Positions 1 to 14,200 of a DNA stretch of 64,000 nt are shown one piece after another. Origin of the DNA: Antedon mediterranea (lineage: Eukaryota; Animalia; Echinodermata); contig NC_092673.1 of the NCBI RefSeq assembly GCF_964355755.1, positions 35,895,648 to 35,959,647 of the forward strand, in the 5' to 3' direction. Numbering within the stretch: position 1 is the first letter of the stretch; every line of letters begins with the position of its first letter. The notes under the pieces were generated by a model. The model had not been told where the DNA came from, made no database searches, and was given only the letters and a program-made list of their open reading frames with translations. The position numbers and the translations under genes were made by a program.

Positions 1-645
1 ACACGCGCGGTCCGAAAATAAACAAAAAACAAAATGGCTATCGCCACCAAGCACTTGTAATAATAAAATAATAATAAGATTTTTATAGCGCACATACCAC
101 TCCAGAGTGCTCAAGGCGCATAAACTAAACACTTGAAACAGGTAGTTGTTTTACAACTCCCTGGTTGAAACCAACACCTTACCGTGAACCCGGAAATTAC
201 TTCTACCGCGCGTAGAGTTAAAATTTACCGATTGAAATCAGAAAATTTCTTATAAAACCCTTTATAATATATCTTCCTAAGATAGAAATATGGAACAATA
301 GCGTCGATGTGAAAACTAATGTTATCAAATCTACGTTTCGCGGTACATCTGAGATAGATAAGGTAGGTATATCCAAGGCGGAGATTTGTACCGAAGTTTT
401 TGCATTGTGCTCGCCTATGTCAGAATTAACCATAATTTATATATAGATACACGTACTGAGGTTAGGCTCCATGAGCTGATGGAAATCTATCACGCACACA
501 TATCGAATGCCATGACACTACATCCACTGTCTTGAAACACTCATTACAAATATATACCGTAAATTATTACCTACAGCAGACGTTAACTCATAAATAATAA
601 ATAAGAAATGGCTCGTAAAGCACCACACGGAGCATCAAATGACAC

Positions 646-1330
646 TTATTTATTTATTTATTTATTATCTTTACTGAGGGTAGCCTATCCAGTTCCTAAT
701 GGAACTGATCATTTAGGGCCCTCAATAAAACATACATACAGTAAAACACATAAAATATTGAATATTCAAATGACATAAAATAGGCCTAAAAATGTACAGT
801 GGTTATAAAATTCATATAGAAGTTAAAATCGTTGACAGATAAAATATATATATACACAATACGAACAATATTAGCTGGAAATAAATTCTTTAAGTTCACG
901 TTTAAAGGAAATAATATTTTCAGATTGTCGAATGATTTTAGGAATCATATTAAAATACATTATTTATAACTGAAACATTGTTTAAAAATCTCTAATGAAG
1001 GTCGAGGAACAATACAATTACAATTAGAGATAGATCTGGTAGTTGGCCGACCTCCGGGCTGAGTCCTGGTTAATGCGACTGATGTAATCCGGAACGGTAT
1101 TGATGGAAGCCCGATAGGCGAGACAACCAAGTTGAAACTGATAACGTTGAGAAACGGATGAGATGGAAAGGGTGTTATCAATAAGGTGGGATGGGGTATG
1201 AGGGTGAACTTTCAAAATAACTCTTTCAGCTCTATTTTGTCTTCTTCTTCAATGTGTTTTCTTGAGATAAGCATTATCTTAGAAAGCCCATCAATAATGA
1301 ATTGAATACAGACGTGATATTAATTCACTC
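646..1330 (-). mobile_element. 3' fragment of a CR1/L2-group LINE
   Basis: Frameshifted ORF2 C-terminus (QLGCLAYRASINTVPDYI), homologous to the copy near 40271, with a (TAAA)n tail at about 646-668. Confidence 0.7.
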
Positions 1331-4300
1331 AATTTATTAAAACATGGTACAATTAATACATTATGTCGATATAATCTAAGCTAGACTTGTCCTCAGTCTG
1401 TATTTATTGTCTTTGTTTTATGTTAGTCCACCTCTCGACATCTTGATGACGTTTGTCTGGAAGATATAAATACCGTATTTACGAGCTATATTATTTATAC
1501 CATTTATTTCCCTTGTGTGCCAAAATAAGTTGAAATACAGTTCAGACTAATCTAAAACGTTCGTATTGATCTACCTATAATAATTCAGGCAGTAGTAAGA
1601 ATCACGGTCTTTGTCATGGTAACTCCCTACTAAAAGATAACCCCTCTACTAAGTCTTGAATGATGAACTGGTTATATGCACACAACGGGCAAATTGGGCC
1701 TACACTGGGCCTATGGCTTATAGTCCTTATCTGATACCATGGGCTCTTTACCGGTACGGTAAACGGCTCCTCTTGACCACTCGACCTTTTTTGTCGAGCT
1801 CACGATATTTCACGGAAGTGTCAAATTAGTAATTCATCACATGCCTTTCGCAATTCAGTTTGATTAATTCTAAACAAACATATTAGTTGTACTTTTGTAT
1901 TGCATTTTTATAACTTGAATATAAAGATACTTGATATGCAGGATATCATTATAATAATAGCAAAATGGAATAATTTACACAGCGATGACTGATAATGTTT
2001 CTGTTTCAGGAGGTAAAAAAAATAGCCTGCAAACATTTCATTTATCGTATAGGCCTATTCGATTGGGAATGTTACCGTTGAGTACCTATTTAAGGTATTT
2101 GAGCGTTGAGATTGTTCTTCACGGGAAACGCTTGCATATTGTTAACGTTTTCTATTCGAATGATTTTCTATTGAGCACATTCCGTTTATAATTTACAAAT
2201 CGAATTCAACAAGTACTCAACGAATATTTATGTTGACAACGAAAGTCCGCAATTGAATACAAGTTAGTTAGAAGCTCACTATGCTTCAGTGTTGATCATG
2301 AATAGGGATCAGTGATTGATCACTTTTGATTAGAATTCACTGTTATCGCAATTTAACTACTTACAATTGTAGAATTATCAAATTATGAAGATGTATGTTC
2401 CCCAAAGAAGATTAATAAATCAAATTATGAATAGAGCAGATACAATAGGCCCTATATCTTTATTTTATAAAAACACTTTAATTATGGTTAATATGAGGAA
2501 ATAGAACGGCATACTATTTAAACTTTCGGTTTTTCCATGATTAACTCATCGGTTTTATTACCATCGTCGTATTGTTGTTTCTATTGTGATCCGTTATGAA
2601 CCACAAACAGTCACAAGCAAAAATTGTTAAGCAAAAATTCCAAGTTAAAAAAAACTCATTTTACATTTTATATATTAAACAGAGTTGAATTTATTTTTGT
2701 ATAACTGCAAGGCGTTAATCAGCTTATTTTCCATTTTGTAAATGCTATTCTACATTGTACTATTTCAGCCGATTCTCGGTCCTGTATCCATGGAGATATA
2801 AAAATAGAACCTTCATGCTGTATCTATTTCCGAAGTATGAATATTTGGTAATACATGTGGAGATACAGCACTGGGAATCGGGTGAATTATTTAGTAGTCG
2901 TCGTCAGCGCTCTTTCATGTTAATTTGTTAAAACCAATCATCAGTTACAATGTTGTAAACATTCAACCTCTTGGTTAACCAAATAATCATGCGACATTTA
3001 ACAACTAACCACTTAAGAACTATTTTAATTATCTTAAGAACCATCTTAATTACTATCTTATCTTAAGATTGATCTTAAGAAATGATTTTATTGCAACTAT
3101 TCAATAACAGACATTCACACAAAAGTATACATTATTTCGAAAAGGTCAAAGGTCAATTTCGCTTATAATGGCAAAGTGAAACCATTAGGTGTAGGTATAG
3201 AAGGAAGTAAAAAAGAAAATATAAATACTTCCTGCTGATATTTTGATGATCGCATACCACTTCCCTTTAAAGGAAATATGTTTTTGCTTTCTCATGCGAA
3301 TTTAGTATATAGGCCATATATATGGCAAGCCAAGTGCGTCAAAAAACCTCACGTCCGGACTTGGTATGCCATAGGCATACATAAAATTAATGTGACACAT
3401 CATTGTAATATAATTTGTTCAAGAATAGACAGTAATCATTTATTTATTACTTAATTATTTTGGTGGCAATTTTTTATGCAAATTAGAAGCTGAAAGACGT
3501 AGAACTCATTTTTAGTATCCAAAATTATGTCTAAATTAATTACATTAGAGGGTTACCGGTTTTACCTAATTTTAGACTTTAAAAATTGTAAATATACATC
3601 TATGTAACCTTTGACCTTTTCAAATAAATGGGATAATGCAATACTTATCCTTGAACTGGTGTAAGTGGATTGTTCGATGAAATTTCCCATTTAACCACAA
3701 AACCACTTATAGAAATTAAACAAGCACGCATTGATTCCTTTACTGTAATTTCATTACAAATAAATACAAAAGGAATGTTTTGGGTTGTGGAAAATAAAAT
3801 AAATAAACCATGACATTTAAACCATTTCCAGACGGTAGGCTAATTTGCATATACAGTGCAATGGTAGATATACTTGAATCTACCAATGGGAATGTGTTCT
3901 TGTCCTGATATTAGAATAGATAGGCCTATAGAACAGAGTAATATATATGTTGTGTAAATTGTAAAATGTTGTATTAACTGTTGGTAGCGATGTTGTTTTC
4001 TGAAGAGCTATTCTAAATTGGAGAGATATACTTATTGTATATACGATGTTAAAGTCTATAAGAATGTGCGCCAGGAGGGAAAATACACTGTTTTTGGCTT
4101 GTCAAAATAATGTTTACTTAATTTTTTTTTAAATAAATAAAAGAAACGAGTAAGTTGAATATAAAAAACAAAAACAATATTTAGCACAATAACAATTGGC
4201 GACCACAAATAAACAAATTCGACTATAAATATCAATTTTTTTTAAAAGTTAAATAAAACAATAATGGAAGGTGGGTGGACCGTTATTGCGTGCACCATTA

Positions 4301-4391
4301 AAACACAACGTTGTAAACTGAATGAGAAATTGAGAAGCAGTTTATACTCGTTTTGTGCACTTTATCTTAGACTCGATTGCAAGAAATTCAA

Positions 4392-4520
4392 CAAGTTTGT
4401 TTGACTTCCATGTCCAGTTTAAACATTTAAATTCAACAAGTTTGTTTGACTTCCATGTCCAGTTTGTTTGACTTCCATGTCCAGTTTGTTTGACTTCCAT
4501 GTCCAGTTTGTTTGACTTCC
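4392..4520. repeat. 22-bp tandem repeat
   Basis: About 5 copies of GTTTGTTTGACTTCCATGTCCA. Confidence 0.85.
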
Positions 4521-4529
4521 AGTACTTGA

Positions 4530-5096
4530 CAGTATCTTTAGGTGTTTGAAACGCGTTTCACCTTCGGACAAACGCTATCTGGAAAGATGGTACAGTATCT
4601 TTAGGTGTTTGAAACGCGTTCGCCTTGGACAAACGCTATCTGGAAAGATGGTACAGTATCTTCATGTGTTTGAAACGCGTTTCACCTTCGGACAAACGCT
4701 ATCTGGAAAGATGAGTACCGTATCTTTAGGTGTTTGAAACGCGTTCGCCTTGGACAAACGCTATCTGGAAAGATGGTACAGTATCTTCATGTGTTTGAAA
4801 CGCGTTTCACCTTCGGACAAACGCTAGCTGGAAAGATGGTACAGTATCTTTAGGTGTTTGAAACGCGTTCGCCTTGGACAAACGCTATCTGGAAAGATGG
4901 TACAGTACTACAGCATCTTCATGTGTTTGAAACGCGTTTCGTCTTGGAAAAACGCTATCTGGAAAGATGGTACAGTATCTTTAGGTGTTTGAAACGCGTT
5001 CGCCTTGGAAAATACTATTTGGAAAGATGGTAATATAATATCTTTAGGTATTTAAAACGCGTTTCTCCTTGGACAAACGCTATCTGGAAAGATGGT
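4530..5096. repeat. About 62-64-bp minisatellite downstream of ST8Sia A
   Basis: About 9 copies of CAGTATCTTTAGGTGTTTGAAACGCGTT...GGACAAACGCTATCTGGAAAGATGGTA, with alternating variants. Confidence 0.9.
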
Positions 5097-5217
5097 AGGC
5101 CTACTATATACAGTAGCTTTATGTGTTTGCGTTTCTTACAGGTTACTCTTACTGGTATTTCTTCAATGTCAGAACTCTATATTATTTGCTGTTATTATAC
5201 CTTTACACTTGCCAATA

Positions 5218-8200
5218 TTAAGAACACGTATTTGGATGTAAACGTAAAACACCAGTTTCGTGAAGTCCTAGTAAAATTCTATATTCCTGTGCAAAATGGT
5301 GCACCTTGGGTAATGGTACACTGTCTGATTTTTCATAATAATGATATTCAAGAGTCCTGTTACGGTGGTCCGTGTGGAATGGCCAGAACCCGTATGCTGT
5401 GACCTCATCACAAATAGACAATGCAAAACTTGTCATATACAAACCTGAAACGAAAATGCACGTGGTAATCACATAATAATCATCATAGGCGGGTTTTTTT
5501 TTATGATAAAAGCCAATTTACACAAGCGAATGTTATTCCTTATGACCATTTACACGGACGGACAGTTTCCGCTCAGGATAAATACAGCAGATCCCACGTA
5601 GGAAAAGCTACGCGGTTTTCCGCATCCCGTTACCACTCGTCTGTGTAAATTGGCCTTAGGCTAAAGCAATTGGCATTATTATGTGTTTATGCACTGCAGG
5701 GACCTCCCTGGTTTATGTAAGCAAATGGTATTATTTCAAGCATCCATTCCCTAGAGTCGTGTTTCCGCAAGCAAAAGGCTAAATTATCGGTTAATTTTTT
5801 TACCAAGAAAGTGCGCACGCTCAGTCATTACTAAAACAACCAGATGCCCAATAACGCAACAATTTGTCCTCCAGGTCAAAGGTTGATTAATTATCGGTTA
5901 ATTTTTGGCTGCGGAAACACGACCTAAGTCGAACATTAAGAACGTGATGTTGTACCGTGATTCGAAAACATCAATGCACTGAAAACGAAAGAGTAAAACA
6001 CAACATCAGCTGAAACTGGTAACGTAACAGCATGTTTGTATGGCCTTTGAGTCGAACATGTACATGTAATTATCATGATCCGAAAAGATCAATGCATAAC
6101 ACAGATAGAAAAACCAATCTATGTGTTTTATGGTCGTATTCGCATAAGTAATTAAAATACCTTACCTGAAGATATACGTTTTGCATCTATGTCAAATTTA
6201 TCTTTCCAAAAATGACTCATCGCTAAAAAGTGTTTAGGATGCATAAGTAAAAGGTGAAGAGGATGGTTAGGTTCCCTTTTAAATGCCTTTACAACGTTCA
6301 TTGTTAGATCATAACCAACTTTCATTGACAAGGCTGGAACTAGTAAATCCTGGTTATATTGTCGCATATCTCGCAAAAATGTTACAATATCAGCTTCTAA
6401 CGTTAAATTATTATATCTGTAAAACAAATAATGTCAAATGTTCAGCTTGTTCATCAGTCTAAAAAAAACAAAGCTAAATCAAAACGATAAAGTAGGCCTA
6501 AAACAGCCAGAAAAATTAGCAGAGCTAATACCTTTTATATTATTGTTATATTCTTTAGGTCTATAAAATGTTAAACTTAAACTCTCATTATATAATAATG
6601 TACTATTATTATCGTGTTAATTAATATTATCAACATCAGTGTAATCTTGTTAACGTTACATTCTGTAAATTAAACCAAATAATGACAATGACCGCTTGTT
6701 TATCAGTTTAAAAAAAGCAAAGAATTACGAATATCATATATATGTACACTTGATATTTATTAATTACCATTAAACCAGTATCTAAATTAGTCCACAGAAC
6801 TACATTAATTTACGTTCTATACAATTAATAAACGGTGGTATATAATTAGTTTTTCCAGGGAAGAATGTAAATTGTTATCAACTGTTTATCAATATCAACA
6901 TGGCAAATCATTTTAAATCATCATTTTATGGATAGGCCTACTATCTGAGGATAACGAGGATAAAATATATTAGCATCATCAACTTTTACAGGCGCGCCAC
7001 CCAAATGATATGATTTGCTAATTTACATAATAATCGAAATGCGCTCAATGTTTTATAATAAAAGCAGCAAGGAAATTTGCATTTGCCATGGGCATTCACG
7101 TACTGTCAATATTTGCCAGAAACAACGGCGTTTAGTCAACAGAAGCAGCGGTAGTACAAATATGGTTAGCAACAGACGTCGTCAATAAGTACCGTATTGT
7201 TCTTACCTCTTGCTCACGACTGACGGATTCATGGTTGTCATATTACTCTTAAATCCCGCGTCACTTGTGTAATTTTGGATAGGAGGAACGTTCATTCTGA
7301 AATAAAATAGAAAATGTGTCTTTAATATACGTTTGAGCATGGATAGGCATATTACTCTATTGTTTGAGTATAAGGTTTATCGCAAATAGCGTGCGCCATG
7401 CATGATGGGAAGGTTTGGGAGCAAACGTCACAACGCGTAATACGTGATTTGTTGTTTATGTACGCGTCGTGACGTTTGCTCCAAAGCCCTTTCCATCATG
7501 CATTGTGCAATGACGTTCCATGCGAAATTAAGCTATTTGCATGATGGGAATGTTTCTGTCGATAATTATATTGAGGTATAGTCATTATGGTCTTTATTCT
7601 GTTTACAAGTCCTTTTTTATTAATAGATGTTCTTATAATTAATTATTTGAACAATATTAATATTATGAACATTATTAAGGTTCTTTGTACTTTTAAAACA
7701 TTACTCAATACTGTATGAGGAAATAGGTTTTGACAAAATAAGCACAAAGAAGTCTGAAATAACAAAACAAACAATTAAGTCATGTACCGGTAGCTATTGA
7801 AATCATAATTCCAAAAACAATACAAATATTGCAAATATTTTCATATGGGTTCCTTCTTACCTTATGACATAATCAGCACTATCTATTTGTTTACCACATT
7901 GACTGTCTGATAGAATACCACTACTTCCAACAAGGCTGCAGGTACGATACTGCGGATGATTGCTATCTCGGGGCCATTGCTTTAAAAACATATAAATTGT
8001 GATTAGTTTAGACGACCTAACGTTATCAGTTTTGCTAAACTATGGCGCGCCAAGCTGTCATTGATTCGGAAACAAAGATATCTTAGTTTAGAACTAAGAT
8101 ATATCTATTAATAGAGATATCTCTATTTAAAAACTAATATATCGCTATTTTCAACTAAGATATCTCTATTTAAAACTAAGATAACTCTAAAACTAAGATA

Positions 8201-11200
8201 ACTCTATTTAAAACTACGATATCTCTATTTAAAACTAAGATATCTCATTTAAAACTAAGATATCTCAATTGCTTGAAATAAAATGACAGCTTGGCGCGCG
8301 CCATACTAAACCGCTATTGCAAGCATTATCATCGTCTTCGTGGTCCTTATAATGATGTATGATAATGACGTCATGATTTACCTTTGGAAATGTATTGTAT
8401 GTTTCTTCATCTATATCAATGCTAATATCTTTTGATTCGAAGTACATTTTGACACGTTGGCCAATTTCCATATTTTCTTTAGTTGCAACTGCTAAACTGA
8501 AATCTACATACTCGTTCATATTAGATCTATAAAGAATACAACACATTAAAAGACCATCAGTCAAAATGAAAAGAAAAAATCAAATTAATTACTTTATAAT
8601 AATATATATAATTACTTTCATTAAATTATTAGGCGTACAATAGTAATATAATGAGATGGAATGTTCATGCTGACGGTCGTGGCTCAGGGCTAATTCTAAA
8701 GTTGTTTATATTATAATGTATTCTTTAAAAGCTAATCCCTGTTCTCATTAGTGTATGTTTCTTATATGTCATGTGTGGCACAGGTAGGCATACCTTAATG
8801 ATATTAAGTTTCGCGCAATTGAAAGGATAAGAAGCGCGCTCTCAGAATAATTGTATGATGAGGCTTGTTAGATTACCGGCCTTCAGTGGCGTATCCAGTA
8901 GGGGGGACGGGGGGGCCCGGGCCCCCTGATTTCGTTTCCGTCGGCACATCATCGCGGCCGTCGGCAAACAAAGGTGCCGGGGGAAAAATAAACTATTTAT
9001 TCTGACAATAATTGAACTGTAAACATAATTCTTTTGAGTGTTTGTTTATTTACATATCATATCATCATTGATCCCTTCAGATCTGAGATCAACTATTTTT
9101 TATTTTCATTACATCTTCCGAAACACGTAAAAAATGTGTAGCACGTACGTACGGCCGTACGCGGTAGATTGTTTACTAAAAAGTCTTTGACCTTACCCTA
9201 AAACCTTGTTTTTGCATGCAGTTGAGCCTCTCATGACCTGGGATTTGTATGTCTTCCTACGCTAAGAGATTATATAGTTCCACATGCCATGTGCTTTTTT
9301 GTCTAAGATATATTTATTATAAGTGCCAAAAACCCGTTTTTTTTCTCGATATGAGGCCTTTATTATTCAAAAATTTTTCAAGAAAAAGCACATATACCAT
9401 AAAAAATATCCATGTATTTCATTTTTGGAACAGAATATTCCGTGAGGCTCAACTACAAAACCACCATTTTGTGATATGATGTCATCGTAAGCCAATCAAA
9501 GCTGAGCTTTCTCTTTTAGGATTCTAGCTGATTTGATTGGTGGATGCGAATCACCCGCAGCGGAATGTTTTCTCTCGCGCGTGTACCATGAATCTCTCTG
9601 ATCGTTACTACACAAAGTTAGAGCAATGAATTTGTCCGAATTCCGTTAAGTAAACAACTTTATATATTGTATAAGCATTTAATAACATGTTTTATTGATA
9701 TTTCCAATGGTGATATATAAAATAAATTACTAAAAAACGTAATTATATGTAATTATTTAAACCAAAAATGGCGTAGTTAATAGAATTGTCGACTGAGGCC
9801 ACAAATTGTTTTGCTTCTTTCGTGGCTAAAAACGATCATTTTCGGCGATGTTTTAGACCCTATATTTCGAAAACTACAAATCAGATTTTCCTAATTCTTT
9901 CTTTATTGTAATATGAATACAACATACTATCAGATAATGTTGGTTTGGTTTTAATTTTGCATCGTTATCCCATATAAGACAATATGACTATGTAATCCTA
10001 GAACATATATTGATCAGAGACGTCGTGTATGTACAGATAATGACACCAATTTTGTTGGCAAATTGGCAATTCCCGCCCCCCCCCCCCCCCCAACTTCAAA
10101 ATCCTGGATACGCCACTGCCGGCCTTCACGCTGCCGACGAGGATCAGGGAGCATCTTGATATTGTCGTTCGGTTAAAGAAACTTCTCGTTTGTAAATTGT
10201 TTCGCAACATGCTCCTCCTTCCTTGTTGCCACCGCTGCGATCTCACCATTTACTTGAAAAGGCACCGGTTTTGACAATACTGTATTTCATTTTTGTTTGT
10301 GTGTGTGTTGTGATTATGTGAGAGTTTCAGCCTTTGGCTGCCTGTTAAACGTTATGGATTTATTTGAGTTTTATTTTCACGCTGCTGCTATAGCCCGCTA
10401 CTTCATATGAGATGACTCATTTATTAGATGAAATCAAGAAGCAGTTTTAGTACTGCACATTGACATTTTTGCGAAAAAGGATTCTCGACTACAATTTATA
10501 GGTACCAGCTGCTGGACCCAAAAAACGTCTGGGAAAAGAGTCTAACGGTTGAACGACAAATCCCAAAGCATTTCTGGTATTTATGAGCCCCATGATAATA
10601 CTGTAATTGGCTGTCAAATAATCATTGAATTATTATCAAAACAGAGTCTATGAAAGTTTTTGTTTGTAATAATGATACTTCACACTTGAAGTATTTAGGC
10701 GTGATGAAGTGACCCCCAGACTTGACCTTAGCAATAAAATAAACTAAATTGAGTCTGTGTTTCATATCAAAGTTATTCACTTCTGTAACAAAATTCACAT
10801 TATAAAAAGAGAAAAGAAACGTTAAATTATAACTAAAAAACCATTGTCTGACAGACAATTGAAGTATTTTTTGCTTTAAATTACATTTTTTTTTTCAGGT
10901 AAAATAACTATTATGTGACAATAAGTTGACACATTAAAAAACAAATTTGAAATAAAAAATATTTTTCAGAGGGACAATATAACTTTAAAACTGTTACGTC
11001 AATAAGCGAGAAGCGTATTTTGTAAGAAATATTTCTTGTTTAAATAATTTATACTAATAATAATAATATATACTAATATATGAATTTTATTTATAACTCT
11101 ATTTTCATTTGTATAATGTAAGGATGTCTGCAATTTTGCTACTAATATAACCTTCGTTTTTTTTACCAATTAGAATTATTTATTAAAGGAACATCCAATA

Positions 11201-14200
11201 TGTTTTTTAAAATCTAAATTATCATAAAAAGAAATACCAATCGAATTGCAAATACCTTATTGTCACGTATTTCGAGTGTACGATAATTGTCTTTGTTTGA
11301 CTGAATAGAGTATTGATCGAATAGCATATTACAATCCAGTATAATTAAGTATACTATACAAGTATACCTATTAAATACATCTGTTAATTGTACCACATGT
11401 TTTAATTTAAATCCAAGGAATGAGAATCCATAACCAGCAATAATTATGACAATACAACATATTTTAATATGAAAAGGTTAAAACAACAAAATGGTATAAT
11501 CATTAGGGAACTATTTATACCATTTACAATATAAATAAGATATAAATTGCTTGTAGTTGATCGATACACAATTATTATTATTATTATTGTAACCATGGAC
11601 TTGTACATTAGTTTTTAATAAATAATGTATAGGTACATGTTATAACAGTCAACTCTTCCAAGACACTCTTGGGCTGGCTGACCTTAAAAAGGGACCTTCT
11701 TAGCATTAAGAAGAGTCTGGTTTTTATCTATTTATTTTTTTATTTTCAATCTTTTGACAATCAGAAACAAAAAAGTTGAACGGGGCTGTTGAGGTAAAGC
11801 AAACGTTTAAAAAACTGTCATCAAAAGATGTGCTGAACCAAACCCACGTCAACAATACATATCAACAAACAACATTCAATACATAACAAAACATTAAAAA
11901 AATAAAATTCTGTGCAAAAATTACATTAGAGATTAACTGTCAAATTAGATGCTGATATTATAAAAGTTTCCTGCTTAAAAAAACTCCGGTATGTGAGAGT
12001 TGACTTATTCTGTCACTTCGTGTTAGTAACTATGGTTACTTGGTGATCGATTGATAGGAAATAGATGTATAATTAGGAGTTTTTTTAATTTTTTTTTATT
12101 AACAATGCTTAATTGTTCTGTTCGATTCAAGCGACATCTGTACTGTGAATTTGATTTCACACATCATACTCCATTTGTCCGAAATTTTAATTTATGATCA
12201 ATCTAAATCACATGTTTTATCACATCAGACTATAAAATGGTTACTTGGTGATCAATTGATGGTATCAAGTGACAATTTATGCTTTATAAATTATAATAGA
12301 TACAATAAGATGACATAAGTTACACTGTTAAAGGTATTCGAAAATGACACTGCTAACAATATTAATAAGATGTCAATTTAATGTGTGATTATTAGTGACA
12401 AGTGTGTTTTATACAATATTTAATAAATAAAATTGTTCATGAACATTTATGTTTTTAATTTTAAAATATCCATAATTGTTCATGAACAATTATTGATACA
12501 TAGATAATGTAATGACGTCACAAGTAGTAAGTTGGTACCTACCTCATTTCTTGGATATTTGTATCATTTCGTTGCCATGGTTTCAGTAAATATTCAGCAA
12601 TATTATGAATTTGAAAACTCTTTTCTTCTTTGCGGGACATTATAAAACCTCGTTTACTATACTCTGGTTTTGATGCTCTGAAGAAGAATAGGAAAAAACG
12701 ACAATAATTTTTAGATTCTACATCTATTTTTGATGTATATTATTAATCAGATGTTACATTTCATGATTTAAATTAATTAAATACATGTTTAATGACATTA
12801 ATGCTTTGTACTACATTTGGTATCTAAGGGAGAATGATAACAAATAAAGCATCCTTATTTGCATACATAAAACAAGCATACAAAGCTGCTGCATCATTAG
12901 CTATTTTCTAACATTTGATATTTATATCATCTTTTGCCAGAAAAATAGTTGTAGCATGCAAATAAAGAATGACATGATGACGTAGTATGTGGTGACAAAA
13001 TAATTATAGAATTAAAAGAACATGATTCGTGAGAGAGATGGATGGAAAATAATAGTGATCTAATCCTAATGTCACTGAAAAGGCCAGACTATACAAACAG
13101 GCTGAGCAGACGACGTAAAAGCCAAAACAAGTGACGTCACTGTATAATATTAATATGTTATGGCGCTGAACCTGTAGAAATAATGGATCATAACATAGTT
13201 TTATGACATAGAATAATTTGAACCAGGTACACAGTCTCCTGGTACAGTGTTTTAGAATTGTAAAAACATTGTCAACACGGTCAATATACACATAAGCCAA
13301 CATGATAGGGGCATGGAGGGAAATATATGAACCTCCATGATGTGAGGGATGTGAGTAACCTCAAAATGTTTATGACGATATAGAATAATTTAAACCAGGT
13401 ACACAGTCTTCTAGTACAGTGTTTTAGAATGGTAAAAGCATTGTCAACACGGTCAATATACACATGTACGTCAACATAGAAGCATGGAGCAAATATATAG
13501 ACCTCAGACCTCCATGATAGGAGTAACATGTCGTCGATAAGCTTAATCTAGTGTTTGATCTTTAACACGGGAAAAAATACCAACATGTTTTTAGCGTTTT
13601 TGTAAGTAATTTGCTAGACTCACTCCCCACAGTTTTCAATAACCGCGTTATAATCCTAACTTGATTGCTAAATAAATTAAAATTGTTACAGATATATTTT
13701 AGGGTTATTTCCCTCAAAGACCAGTTTATTCTTAAGCTCTGTTTACATTATCAAACTTTATGTGACAAAAAAATGTGATGTGCCCATATGGACATAATGA
13801 TGATGTCATTATCACTACCATATTTGGACATGATATCACTACCATATTTGGGCAATTTTTGGTCAAACTATAGTTTGATAATGTAGACAGAGCCTTCGAT
13901 ATAGAAATGGGTTTGGACACAACATCAGTATATAACAGCTGAGTAGCCTACTGCACAATTTTCAACCAATCAATAACACTGCAGATTGTATGATAAGAAA
14001 CATGCATAAGAAAGTAGTAAATATAATCAGTACGTCCATGATTTCATAGATCAAGATTAACATAACATATAGCCTAATATAAAATCAACACAGTTAAGGT
14101 TCTGATGACGTATACATGCAATGGATGTTCAGAGGATTACGATGATGCAACAAAAATGAATATGTTAATGTGCGCATGCGCGTGGTTACGTATAAAGTAC